Assembly: GCA_001779925.1 (NCBI GenBank)
Contig: MFEK01000007.1
Coordinates: 4,108 to 68,107, forward strand
Reading direction: 5' to 3'
Length of the DNA stretch: 64,000 nucleotides
Source of the DNA: Candidatus Doudnabacteria bacterium RIFCSPHIGHO2_01_FULL_46_14
Lineage (GTDB): Bacteria > Patescibacteriota > Doudnabacteria > UBA920 > 2-01-FULL-46-14
Shown: in pieces, positions 54,677-63,199 of the stretch
Position numbering within the stretch: position 1 is the stretch's first letter
Layout of the letters: each line of letters opens with the position of its first letter
Notes under the pieces: model-generated
Databases searched by the model: none
What the model saw: only the letters and a program-made list of their open reading frames with translations
Told to the model about the DNA's origin: nothing
Translations under genes and position numbers: made by a program

Positions 54677-55987
54677 CTATTCTGAATTAATTGGCCCGCT
54701 ATCTTGTTCGCATTTGCGTAGGCTAATGTAAACATGATCAGCATTTTTGTCAGCACAAGAAACCTCGTCGGCATTAACAGTCTCACATACTGCACGGTTC
54801 AAGGCAATGCCTAAAACCTCACTGCAATACTGAGCGGCTTGCAAAATCTGCCCGCCCATCACGGCTTCATTGCCCACACCCTCACTGCCGGCAAAATCTG
54901 CAGCTAATGCCCCGGTTTTGCCAAGTGCTCCGCCATAATGGCAGGAATTAACTGGATAGGCACACTGACCGCAGATTTCCGCACCCCTGGTATAGTTGCA
55001 GACCTCGCCGCCTTGCTCAAAGGTCGAAACCCCTCCCGCATCAGGCGCTTGCGTACGAATGCAGGAAACAAGCCGGTCAAGGTCCGGATCGGTGCGACGC
55101 GGATGCGGCGCATTGTTTTGCTGGGCCAAAATCTCCGGCGCACTGCACATGGCAGTCAAACCGCTTTCCACGATTCCTGCGACACTGCCCGTCACTCCCG
55201 ACAGGCTCCCGCCGACGCTATTCAGCGAGTCGCAGACCTGCTTGGGAACCCCTATATATTCCGTATAATCAAAAGCTTCCAGAAGCGATAGCAGCCCTTG
55301 CGGATTGCAGACTATATAGAGAGGCCAGACAATAAAAATAACCAGGAGCAAGACTACCAATAAAATCGCACCAAGATCTATGACAGCCAGCTGAACCTTC
55401 TGCGCTATCGAGAATTCGCCAAACAGTTTTGATCCGAGCTTCGAAGCCAAAAAATGCGCATTCAAATATAAAAAAGGAATTATCCATCCGAATAAAGTAA
55501 GAATGCTGACCCAAAATGCTGTGAAAGCAGTGTACAATAAATACCAGCTGGCAGAGCTTTTGGCGATATTAGTCAAGCTTTCACCCTGCATTGCGCCTGA
55601 TATCGCTCCTCCCAGGGCTGCCGATTTTCCGCCGCTCATTTTTCCAACCTTGCCTTTGTATTTAGTTTTATTGAAAGCTTTCCTTGCAAGCCCTTTGCCT
55701 TGAGCAAATTTTGCAGCTTGACCGCCAGCAAAACTTGACGCGGCTTTGCGCCCGGCGCCATGATGGCCTGTTCCAGCTTCCTTAAAACCATGAGCCCCTT
55801 CACGAAATTCGTCGGCCAGGTCGTGCTGGCCTGCCATATAAGCGCCAAGTTGGCCGGCCCTCATGGCGTATTTACCAAGCTTCAAAAGCCGTTTTTTGTT
55901 TTTGCTGCTTGTAAGTTTGTCTAGATTATGCAGCTCTTCTTCGGTCAAGGTTGCCATAATACCTTCTCTTAGTTGCAAATTGATCAA
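54677..55987 (-). CDS. Membrane protein with Gly-rich N-terminal region, two TM helices and Cys-rich C-terminal domain; last gene of the VirB4 operon
   Basis: 436 aa, TM helices at ~150-180 and ~205-235, 12 cysteines in the C-terminal 150 aa. Confidence 0.4.
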   Translation of the reverse strand: MINLQLREGIMATLTEEELHNLDKLTSSKNKKRLLKLGKYAMRAGQLGAYMAGQHDLADEFREGAHGFKEAGTGHHGAGRKAASSFAGGQAAKFAQGKGLARKAFNKTKYKGKVGKMSGGKSAALGGAISGAMQGESLTNIAKSSASWYLLYTAFTAFWVSILTLFGWIIPFLYLNAHFLASKLGSKLFGEFSIAQKVQLAVIDLGAILLVVLLLVIFIVWPLYIVCNPQGLLSLLEAFDYTEYIGVPKQVCDSLNSVGGSLSGVTGSVAGIVESGLTAMCSAPEILAQQNNAPHPRRTDPDLDRLVSCIRTQAPDAGGVSTFEQGGEVCNYTRGAEICGQCAYPVNSCHYGGALGKTGALAADFAGSEGVGNEAVMGGQILQAAQYCSEVLGIALNRAVCETVNADEVSCADKNADHVYISLRKCEQDSGPINSE

Positions 55988-56948
55988 AAGTCTTGTCTAC
56001 CAGTCTGGCCAGTGTTTTATTTCGCGTGATCATTTTCCCCGCTTTGAAAAGCGGAGCGTAAATTTCCCTCCCTATCCCGGCTGTCCTTGCCACAGCAGCG
56101 CTTCTTGTCAGGATCTTTGCTCCAAGAACCGAACCCTTGACTGCTTTGGTGCCGATTGCACCAACGCCGGTCATGTCTAGAATGAAAAAACTGCCTCCTT
56201 CTAAAGCGTGCAAAGCGCGCTTCCAACCGGACAATTTTTGTCCATCTAACGTTTTTCCCTTTACTGCTTCAACCAGCATTTTCGCAGGACCAATGACAGG
56301 AATGAAATCAATGCCTGTGGAAGCGATTTTTTTTAATCTCCCGCCGTCGCCTGCCTCCTCTGCTTGTTTAATTTCTTTTACGGTGCTATCAAAGCTCTCT
56401 TTCGGGATAGCTAATTTGAATTTTTCTACTACTCCCAGAGCAGTCTTTGCCAGATTTTTATAATCAGAGCCGTCTTCGACTTTATCGAGCGCCTGAGATA
56501 TCTGTGGCGCAAGAGTGCGCAGTTTTTCCAATATCTCCAGCGATTTTTCGGAAAAAGTTTTTTTCTCGCGCAGGCTTCCAAAAAAAGCCAGCGCTTCTTG
56601 GGCGAATCTTTCTGAGGCTGTATCCAGGTCTTTTGATTCAAAAACTTCTGATAGAACCCGGCCCAGCTCCTGCTCGGCGGTTTTATCAACAACTGGCTCA
56701 GCATCAGATTCGGGGTTATCTTCCACATTTTCCCTTAAACCGATTGATGCTCTCACTTCTTGAATCTTTACTTCGTCATCAGCTTCTCTCTCGTAGACTG
56801 TGGCGTCCCACGCCGCCTCTCCTTCTTCATCATCCAAAGCTTCTTCCATAGTTGTGATATGTGGTGTTGCCCGCAATTCCCGCAAACCCTCGCGGAATTG
56901 ATGGGTTTTATCGAGATCGGCCTGGTTTTCCTGAAGTCTTTCCGTCAT
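55926..56948 (-). CDS. Acidic hypothetical protein, translationally coupled to VirB4
   Basis: 340 aa; start overlaps the VirB4 stop (ATGA). Confidence 0.4.
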   Translation of the reverse strand: MTERLQENQADLDKTHQFREGLRELRATPHITTMEEALDDEEGEAAWDATVYEREADDEVKIQEVRASIGLRENVEDNPESDAEPVVDKTAEQELGRVLSEVFESKDLDTASERFAQEALAFFGSLREKKTFSEKSLEILEKLRTLAPQISQALDKVEDGSDYKNLAKTALGVVEKFKLAIPKESFDSTVKEIKQAEEAGDGGRLKKIASTGIDFIPVIGPAKMLVEAVKGKTLDGQKLSGWKRALHALEGGSFFILDMTGVGAIGTKAVKGSVLGAKILTRSAAVARTAGIGREIYAPLFKAGKMITRNKTLARLVDKTFDQFATKRRYYGNLDRRRAA

Positions 56949-58759
56949 TGCTTTTCCCCTTCCATCTCCTCTTTGGCGCGGTCGATTTCCATGCGCTGGC
57001 GGGGGTCGGTCGTGATGATCTGGTCCTCGGTGTAGGAGGCTACAATGCGGATCGCGGCGTGTTTGAGGCCGGCAAAAAAGATGCCCTCGCCAACCTCGCT
57101 CTCCAATAGCAGATATTTTTCCCCTTCAGTCAGGAAAAAGGTCTGGGCCACTGTGTCAATCGCGGCCGGCGATTGTTTTAAAAGAAGCTGGATGGACGAG
57201 TTGGTAACAATCGGCCGGCCATAGGGACTCGCCAAAAAATCTGACACGTCCTGAGTTATAGTTGTAACCCCCAAATAATATTTCCTAGCGCGTTTGACTA
57301 GCCCGAACAAAAACCTGGCAGAGTCCTCGTGCTGCATCATCCACCACGCTTCATCCACGACAAGGATGCGCTTCTTCAGAGACGAACGCACTTCATTCCA
57401 AATAAATCCGAGAACGACATAGATCGCAATCGGTCGAAGGCTATCCTCCAAATCGCGCACGGAAAAAACCACCAGCTGATTATTCATATTAATGTTGGTG
57501 GACTGGTTGAAAATTCCGGCAAACGTGCCTTCCACGTATTTGCCCAGCCGCTGGGCCAGAGATTCCGCTCCGGTTATGCCGGAAAGAACATTGACTAAAT
57601 CCTGCATGGTGGGCATTTCTTTGCCGACAAAATCACTCCCCGGAGTAATGTCGCGCGTGGCATAAGTTTCCCAGAGAGCGCGATCCAGCATGGCTTCTTC
57701 CGTGGGATCAAGCTTGCCGAGCATGAGACCCATGAGTCCCATGAGGCTGATCACGGCTGAACGCAAAATATCCTCTGGCGATTCATCCTCGATGCCCTTT
57801 GGCAGATCAAATGGATTGATGCGCGAGTTCGAGTTGAGCGACACGTTCAAGAACGACCCGCCGACCGCCTCAGCCAAATGCTTGTATTCATTTTCCGGGT
57901 CAATCGCGATCACGTCCGTGCCGAGCATCAACGAGCGTAAAATATCAAGTTTTATAGCGTACGATTTGCCGGCACCTGATTTGGCGAAAATCACAGAGTT
58001 GGCATTTTCCATTTGAAACCGGTCAAAAAGTATCAAGCTGTTATTGTGGCGGTTGATACCGTAAAGAATTCCGTCATTGGAGCTAACCTCTGCCGACACA
58101 AACGGAAAAGTCGTGGACAACGGGCCAGTATTCATATTCGCGGTTATGGCAAGCTCATCGCTGCCCAGGGGAAGCGTGGAATTGAACCCTTGCTCTGCCT
58201 GCAGAACCGCCCTTTTACTGACAATGAGCTTGGAAGATAAAAGCGATTCCACGTTTGCCGATATCTTGTCGAGACTAGCCAGATCATCAGCGTAAATCGT
58301 GTAATAAAGCGCGAAACGGAAATAACGCTCCGTGCCCTGCATCAGAGCGTCGCGCAGCTCCTCAACATCGCGATAAGCTGTTTCCAGCATCGGATCCCGC
58401 ACTGCTCCTTTCTGCTGGTTCATGGAAATGGTTGCCTGCAGCTGCCCGACTTTGTTTTTTAGTTTTTTCATGACCACGTCCGTTTCCATGGGATAAATAA
58501 ACATGGAAATATCCATGGGCTGGTCAAGGTTGATGAGCGGCGACAGCCAGTTGGAGGAGAGAAAACGCGGATAGGTCAGCACAAAAAAAGTACGCGCGTA
58601 TTTGCCTGAAACCTGGATATGCGTAGATTCGATCTGCATTGCGGAAGGCGCGATCAGATCGAGAAGCGAAGTCATGCCTTTTTTAAAGGCTTGCTCGGCC
58701 TCCAATATCTCGCGGCCGACAGCGGCTTCAGTAGATTTATTTTTGTTGAATAATTTCAT
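56945..58759 (-). CDS. virB4: VirB4/TraC/TrbE-family type IV secretion ATPase
   Basis: Walker A AKSGAGKS, Walker B/hallmark LVVDEAWWMM (DEAW), 604 aa. Confidence 0.75.
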   Translation of the reverse strand: MKLFNKNKSTEAAVGREILEAEQAFKKGMTSLLDLIAPSAMQIESTHIQVSGKYARTFFVLTYPRFLSSNWLSPLINLDQPMDISMFIYPMETDVVMKKLKNKVGQLQATISMNQQKGAVRDPMLETAYRDVEELRDALMQGTERYFRFALYYTIYADDLASLDKISANVESLLSSKLIVSKRAVLQAEQGFNSTLPLGSDELAITANMNTGPLSTTFPFVSAEVSSNDGILYGINRHNNSLILFDRFQMENANSVIFAKSGAGKSYAIKLDILRSLMLGTDVIAIDPENEYKHLAEAVGGSFLNVSLNSNSRINPFDLPKGIEDESPEDILRSAVISLMGLMGLMLGKLDPTEEAMLDRALWETYATRDITPGSDFVGKEMPTMQDLVNVLSGITGAESLAQRLGKYVEGTFAGIFNQSTNINMNNQLVVFSVRDLEDSLRPIAIYVVLGFIWNEVRSSLKKRILVVDEAWWMMQHEDSARFLFGLVKRARKYYLGVTTITQDVSDFLASPYGRPIVTNSSIQLLLKQSPAAIDTVAQTFFLTEGEKYLLLESEVGEGIFFAGLKHAAIRIVASYTEDQIITTDPRQRMEIDRAKEEMEGEKQ

Positions 58760-58762
58760 GGT

Positions 58763-58828
58763 TTTACGAATTACGAATATTTACGAATGTACGAATTCGT
58801 AAATTCGTACGATTCGTTATTCGTAAAG
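58763..58828. repeat. TACGAAT-heptamer palindromic element (family B), empty copy between virB4 and the upstream gene
   Basis: ttacgaattacgaatatttacgaatgtacgaattcgtaaattcgtacgattcgttattcgtaaa, a perfect central palindrome gtacgaattcgtac. Confidence 0.8.
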
Positions 58829-58830
58829 CT

Positions 58831-59508
58831 TTATTCATTTATCTCTATCCCCTTAATATTATCAGCGTGCAGGATGGAGGCAGAATCCAGGTTATAGGCC
58901 TGGTAAAGGAGCTCAACTAGTTCCTCCGTGGTCAGCAAAAGCGAACGCAGTCCCACACCGCCGAGCTCTGATATAACGTGATTGGTGCGCTCATCCAGCT
59001 TGGTCTTCGCGCGATGGAAATCTCCCTGAGAGGTTGCAATCTGGGAAAGCGGATTGAAAAAGGTTCTAATCCTTGACCCCCAGGTTTGTTTTACCGGCTG
59101 GGCCGAATACGGCACCACGACATAGAAATTTTTCTGCATGATATTGGCAAACTCCACAAGCTTGCCGACGTATTCGATGTACTCGGTCATTTGGATCCGC
59201 AGCAGCTCATTGGTTTGTCCAGCGGCCAGGCCTTTGAGCTTCTCCAGATAACCGCCGATGTCGAGAATGCGCGAGTGGATCAAAATCTGCAAAGGAAAAT
59301 CTATGGAGTTGAGCATGCCCTGATAAGCGCTAACTAGCGCATTTTGCTCGTCTTCCGATTTTAGAGCGAAATTCGTCGAAGACACCGCGATAACCGCGCG
59401 CAGTGAGCCGTCTTTTAGTACCAATGTGTCTTCTTTTATTTCCGCCACATTGATATATTTTTGGGTGGAATACGAGGGGCCTTTAGTTTTTGCTTTTTGC
59501 ATTTCCAT
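58831..59508 (-). CDS. Hypothetical protein of the T4SS-like operon
   Basis: 225 aa, no TM, no motif recognised. Confidence 0.35.
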   Translation of the reverse strand: MEMQKAKTKGPSYSTQKYINVAEIKEDTLVLKDGSLRAVIAVSSTNFALKSEDEQNALVSAYQGMLNSIDFPLQILIHSRILDIGGYLEKLKGLAAGQTNELLRIQMTEYIEYVGKLVEFANIMQKNFYVVVPYSAQPVKQTWGSRIRTFFNPLSQIATSQGDFHRAKTKLDERTNHVISELGGVGLRSLLLTTEELVELLYQAYNLDSASILHADNIKGIEINE

Positions 59509-59511
59509 AAT

Positions 59512-59617
59512 GGCTACGAACTACGAAATGAATACGAAAATACGAAACGAATCTTGAAAATATTGTATATAAATAAATGGATTAGCGTCATTTTTTCGTA
59601 TTTTCGTAAGGATTCGT
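59512..59617. repeat. TACGAAT-heptamer palindromic element (family B), empty copy with 45-nt AT-rich spacer
   Basis: ggctacgaactacgaaatgaatacgaaaatacgaaacgaa...tttcgtattttcgtaaggattcgtagttcgtagc. Confidence 0.8.
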
Positions 59618-60043
59618 AGTTCGTAGCAGCCGTTCTTCTTCCGCGCTCTGCGCATCCAAAATGTAAGCTAAATTTTTAAGCCGCGATGCGACTGGGGCGT
59701 CTTGTGATCCTACGGATTCCTGAACCGCGGCTTGTTGCTGCTTGTGCACTGTTATGGCGCTCCCCTGTCTTGAAAAAACGCGATACCGCGGCGCTGTCAC
59801 GAAACGCATGAGGTTGGGCAGATTGACCAGCAAGGATCGGCCGTTGAATTTATAGAAAGTTACGGGCAGGATGACCAGAAGCGTTAAAAGCATTAAAATC
59901 GCAAAAATAAAACCAACTCCGAAAATCACCCAATAGACGAGCCCCAGAATCCCGCAAAAAATCAGCATCAGAAACTGCTTGACAGTCAGGTGCGGGAGAA
60001 TCTGATCCTCAACATCTACGAATTGTGGGAGAGAATACTGCAT
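59588..60043 (-). CDS. Small two-TM membrane protein (position consistent with a VirB3/TcpE-like T4SS component)
   Basis: 151 aa, two adjacent TM helices (FLMLIFCGILGLVYWVIFGVGFIFAILMLLTLLVILP). Confidence 0.4.
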   Translation of the reverse strand: MQYSLPQFVDVEDQILPHLTVKQFLMLIFCGILGLVYWVIFGVGFIFAILMLLTLLVILPVTFYKFNGRSLLVNLPNLMRFVTAPRYRVFSRQGSAITVHKQQQAAVQESVGSQDAPVASRLKNLAYILDAQSAEEERLLRTTNPYENTKK

Positions 60044-60044
60044 A

Positions 60045-60522
60045 GGCTACGAATTACGAACGAATACGAAAAATACGAAATTATTGAGCATTGACAATTC
60101 TTTTATACGCAACCCCATTAGCAGTAAAGTTTGCCAAGATTCCTAAAGATAAATTGAAAGCTTTCAAATAACCAAGAACCTGTTCAATGTTTTTATTCGA
60201 AAAGTTTCTGCCGTTTTTTATTTCCAGTATTACCTTGTCTTCAATAAGAAAATCGAGAAAATACTTACCTATTTTAGTATCTTGGTACTTTAATTCTATA
60301 GGCACCTGCTCTTTAAACTTTAAACCGCTTCTTTTTAATTCCACATTATTTAAAGCTCTCTGGTAATGCTTTTCGAGATAGCCGCTTCCCAACTCTTTAG
60401 ATACCTTAAATAAAACACCCATTATTTGATAACTCAATTCCGGATATATTAAATCCTTTCTTTTTAGGAGGGTTTTTTGCACTTTTGTTTCGTATTTTCG
60501 TAAGTATTCGTAGTTCGTAGCC
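60045..60522 (-). mobile_element. Family B palindromic element carrying a GxxExxY gene between inverted TACGAA-repeat arms
   Basis: Left arm ggctacgaattacgaacgaatacgaaaaatacgaaa (60045-60080) and right arm tttcgtattttcgtaagtattcgtagttcgtagcc (60486-60522) are reverse complements; a tandem extra right arm lies at 60565-60600. Confidence 0.65.
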
Positions 60523-60524
60523 AA
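60081..60524 (-). CDS. GxxExxY-family protein (PD-(D/E)XK nuclease-like)
   Basis: IYPELSYQIMGVLFKVSKELGSGYLEKHYQRAL...GKYFLDFLIEDKVILEIK...LGILANF; paralog of 61430..61825. Confidence 0.75.
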   Translation of the reverse strand: MATNYEYLRKYETKVQKTLLKRKDLIYPELSYQIMGVLFKVSKELGSGYLEKHYQRALNNVELKRSGLKFKEQVPIELKYQDTKIGKYFLDFLIEDKVILEIKNGRNFSNKNIEQVLGYLKAFNLSLGILANFTANGVAYKRIVNAQ

Positions 60525-60601
60525 TTTATTATAGCATAAATTGAAAAAATAACAAAAAACCTCCTTTTCGTATTTTCGTAAGTATTCGTAGTTCGTAGCC
60601 T

Positions 60602-61390
60602 CTATAATCTCTTGAGATTCGTCCGGAAATCGGTCAGGGTCTCGAATTCCTCACGCGAAAGCTCCGTGTTTTTTTCGTGGTTCAGAAGAGCCATACCAAC
60701 CTTGAGATAGGATTTATGCAAGGGGCTTTTTTCAAACGCTAGAAGGATTTCTTCCGCAGGAATCCGTTTCGCTATCAGAGATAAGATATATTGATTTAGA
60801 TTTTCCAAAAATACATAGATGGAAGATTCGCGTCGGAGATCCTCCATAGACAGAGACGCCAGCTTGGCAAGCTCGGGAATGACAGGCTTTTGTGGAATGG
60901 CGTCAGGCCTGCGAATTGATGCTGGAATGTTGAATTTGGAATTTGGAATATCGGCTTTTGGTATTGTGGATTCTTTCTTTACCGGAAGTGGAATTTGCGG
61001 TTTGGGTTTTTCAATATTCAATATTCGAGATTCTATATTCTTTTGTGCGGGCGGAGCAGGAGGCTCGGAAATCCGCGGACGATTCATTATAGTCGGAGCG
61101 GGTGCTTGAGGCGCAGGTGGTTTTATATCAGTAACAGGCGCCCGTAACTCCCTCTCTCTACCTCTTAGATCAAGAGGGGGTTGCCCGCCTCGACTCGCTC
61201 CGGCGAGGCTGGGGGGGGCGTTATTGAAAACTTTTGACGGCAGCTTTATTGATAAAATCCGGTCAAGCTCTTTTATTTCCTGCTCAGTCATTCTGGGCAA
61301 CAAAAATAGCCATTCTTTCTTCTCGGTCATTGATAACATACTGGATGACTCGATTCTTTGTTTGATCTGAGTAAACTGTTCTGGGCTCAT
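60602..61390 (-). CDS. Proline-rich hypothetical protein
   Basis: 262 aa with a P-rich central region (PPAPPAQ, KPKPQIPLP). Confidence 0.4.
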   Translation of the reverse strand: MSPEQFTQIKQRIESSSMLSMTEKKEWLFLLPRMTEQEIKELDRILSIKLPSKVFNNAPPSLAGASRGGQPPLDLRGRERELRAPVTDIKPPAPQAPAPTIMNRPRISEPPAPPAQKNIESRILNIEKPKPQIPLPVKKESTIPKADIPNSKFNIPASIRRPDAIPQKPVIPELAKLASLSMEDLRRESSIYVFLENLNQYILSLIAKRIPAEEILLAFEKSPLHKSYLKVGMALLNHEKNTELSREEFETLTDFRTNLKRL

Positions 61391-61394
61391 CTAG

Positions 61395-61858
61395 GTTTTA
61401 CGAATAACGAATCAATACGAATGTACGAATTATAAATTCACCAGCCTCTTAAAATGTAGTTTACGTGGAGCAAAGTAGGCTAGAATGCCCAATCTTAGTT
61501 TGTTTGCATGTAAATACTGTAATACTTGATCTATATGTGCCTTGGCAAAACGATCGCCTTTCTTGATTTCCAGAATAACTTTATCCTCTATCAAAAAATC
61601 TAAAAAATTCTTACCGATGACTTGACCATTATAAATGACAGGTACACAGACCTGTTCTCGAAAATCGAGACTACTATTTTTTAGAGCTAACGCTATTGCC
61701 TTTTGATAGGTCTTCTCACTTAAACCATAACCGATTTTGTTATAAACGTCGAACAGTATTCCTGTTATTTGATAACTTAACTCAGGATAAACAATATCCT
61801 CTCTTTTCAATACGGGTTTCGTCATTCGTAAATTCGTACAATTCGTTATTCGTAAAGC
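61395..61858 (-). mobile_element. Family B palindromic element (second arm subtype) carrying a GxxExxY gene
   Basis: Left arm ttttacgaataacgaatcaatacgaatgtacgaat (61395-61432) and right arm attcgtaaattcgtacaattcgttattcgtaaa (61823-61858) are reverse complements. Confidence 0.65.
61430..61825 (-). CDS. GxxExxY-family protein (PD-(D/E)XK nuclease-like)
   Basis: VYPELSYQITGILFDVYNKIGYGLSEKTYQKAI...GKNFLDFLIEDKVILEIKKG...LGILAYF. Confidence 0.75.
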   Translation of the reverse strand: MTKPVLKREDIVYPELSYQITGILFDVYNKIGYGLSEKTYQKAIALALKNSSLDFREQVCVPVIYNGQVIGKNFLDFLIEDKVILEIKKGDRFAKAHIDQVLQYLHANKLRLGILAYFAPRKLHFKRLVNL

Positions 61859-61864
61859 TTACAA

Positions 61865-63196
61865 CTACACTTCTTCTTCTAGCTTCTTCTCCAGCTCCTG
61901 CAGCTTTTGCTCCACTCTGTCATCGCCGGACACTACCTGCCCGCCTTCCTCCTTACTGCCGGCCCGCGCGACCGCCGCGTTTACGGAAAATGATCGCTCC
62001 TCCTCCTGTATTTTATGAAGCTCCTCTAGGGTTGAGGGTTTGGCTACGGGTGAAATAGGCCTTGGCGGAACCGCAGGCGCGGGAGGCATGGCTGCGCGCG
62101 TCATAACTCTGCCGGCCGAAGGCAGGTTAGGCATCAATTTCGGCGGCCTGGGCGGCGGAGGGAGAACTCTCTTGGGCGATTGGCGATTGGCGATTGGCGA
62201 TTGGGTCGGCGGTATTTTGCTAGTCGCTAATCGCTGTTCGCTAATCGCTGAGCTGGGCCTTATCTCGCTGATGAGCTCTCGTGGGGTCAGCCCCTGCGCC
62301 TGTGAATTGGCAGGAGGAGGCTGAGGTTTCACAGCCGCTGGTGGAGGCGGGGTCTGCTGCGGTCTGGGAATTTGAGGCGGCCTAACCTGCGATGCTGAGG
62401 GCGAGCTGGCCCTCGGTATAGGTACGGTAACATGCTCGGCTCTGTAATATGGCGCTGTCCTAGGAATTTGCGCTGCCGGTAAAAAGCTTTTCAGCCAATC
62501 ATATAACTCAAGCACTCTCCTCAGAATAGTCTTTTCGTCCTCGCGCAGTCCCCTAACATTCGGACTATGGGTGACGTAGGACGCGCGCTCGACCCCTCCC
62601 CTTTTGACCTGGCCGCCCGTAGTACCCGCAAGCGACACAGAGTACTGATTGTAATCAATGATCCAGTTCGAGACAATAGGATCCTCGTCATGTTCCCTGC
62701 CTTTGAGCTTCAAGCTTACTGTGCCGAGATACTCCTCGCTTGTTTCCATGGCTTTTACCAGCGTCTTGGCAATTTCCTGCTGGCCGTCGGGAAATTTATA
62801 GTAGACTAAAAAGAGATCATTGATCTTTTGAGTGATGTCAAAATCGAGAACCTCCATAGTAGAAAGAAGATTCTCTTTCATAAAAGTTGAAACATCGTTG
62901 GGGGACATCATTACTAAAAAGCAAGCTTTGAGAACGGACAGGAGGCGCATATATTCCTCAAAGATATCTGGCCTTTGGTTCACCAGGTCGGGAATTTTTT
63001 CCAGATGCTTATGCAGGATCTGCAATGCCCGCGAAGCATCAGCGCTGTCGCTGCTGTCCGCCGTGTCCATAACAAATAGCTTCACCTGTGCCATAATCCG
63101 TTCATCGCCAAGCCATTCAGGCTTGAGCAATTCAAAATTCTTCCAGGTAATGGAGGCGATATTTTGAGGAGTCAGATTTTGCTGTTCGTTGGCCAT
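61865..63196 (-). CDS. Proline-rich protein with C-terminal coiled coil
   Basis: 443 aa; structured N-domain, then PPQIPRPQQTPPPPAAVKPQPPP..., C-terminal EEERS...KLQELEKKLEEE. Confidence 0.4.
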   Translation of the reverse strand: MANEQQNLTPQNIASITWKNFELLKPEWLGDERIMAQVKLFVMDTADSSDSADASRALQILHKHLEKIPDLVNQRPDIFEEYMRLLSVLKACFLVMMSPNDVSTFMKENLLSTMEVLDFDITQKINDLFLVYYKFPDGQQEIAKTLVKAMETSEEYLGTVSLKLKGREHDEDPIVSNWIIDYNQYSVSLAGTTGGQVKRGGVERASYVTHSPNVRGLREDEKTILRRVLELYDWLKSFLPAAQIPRTAPYYRAEHVTVPIPRASSPSASQVRPPQIPRPQQTPPPPAAVKPQPPPANSQAQGLTPRELISEIRPSSAISEQRLATSKIPPTQSPIANRQSPKRVLPPPPRPPKLMPNLPSAGRVMTRAAMPPAPAVPPRPISPVAKPSTLEELHKIQEEERSFSVNAAVARAGSKEEGGQVVSGDDRVEQKLQELEKKLEEEV

Positions 63197-63199
63197 ACT

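Noticed and set aside
23294-61858. Possible CRISPR array formed by the regularly recurring TACGAAT-containing repeats
   Set aside because: Repeat units are 7-nt heptamers arranged as inverted arms rather than 25-40 nt direct repeats with unique spacers. Copies are dispersed and palindromic, and no cas genes are nearby.
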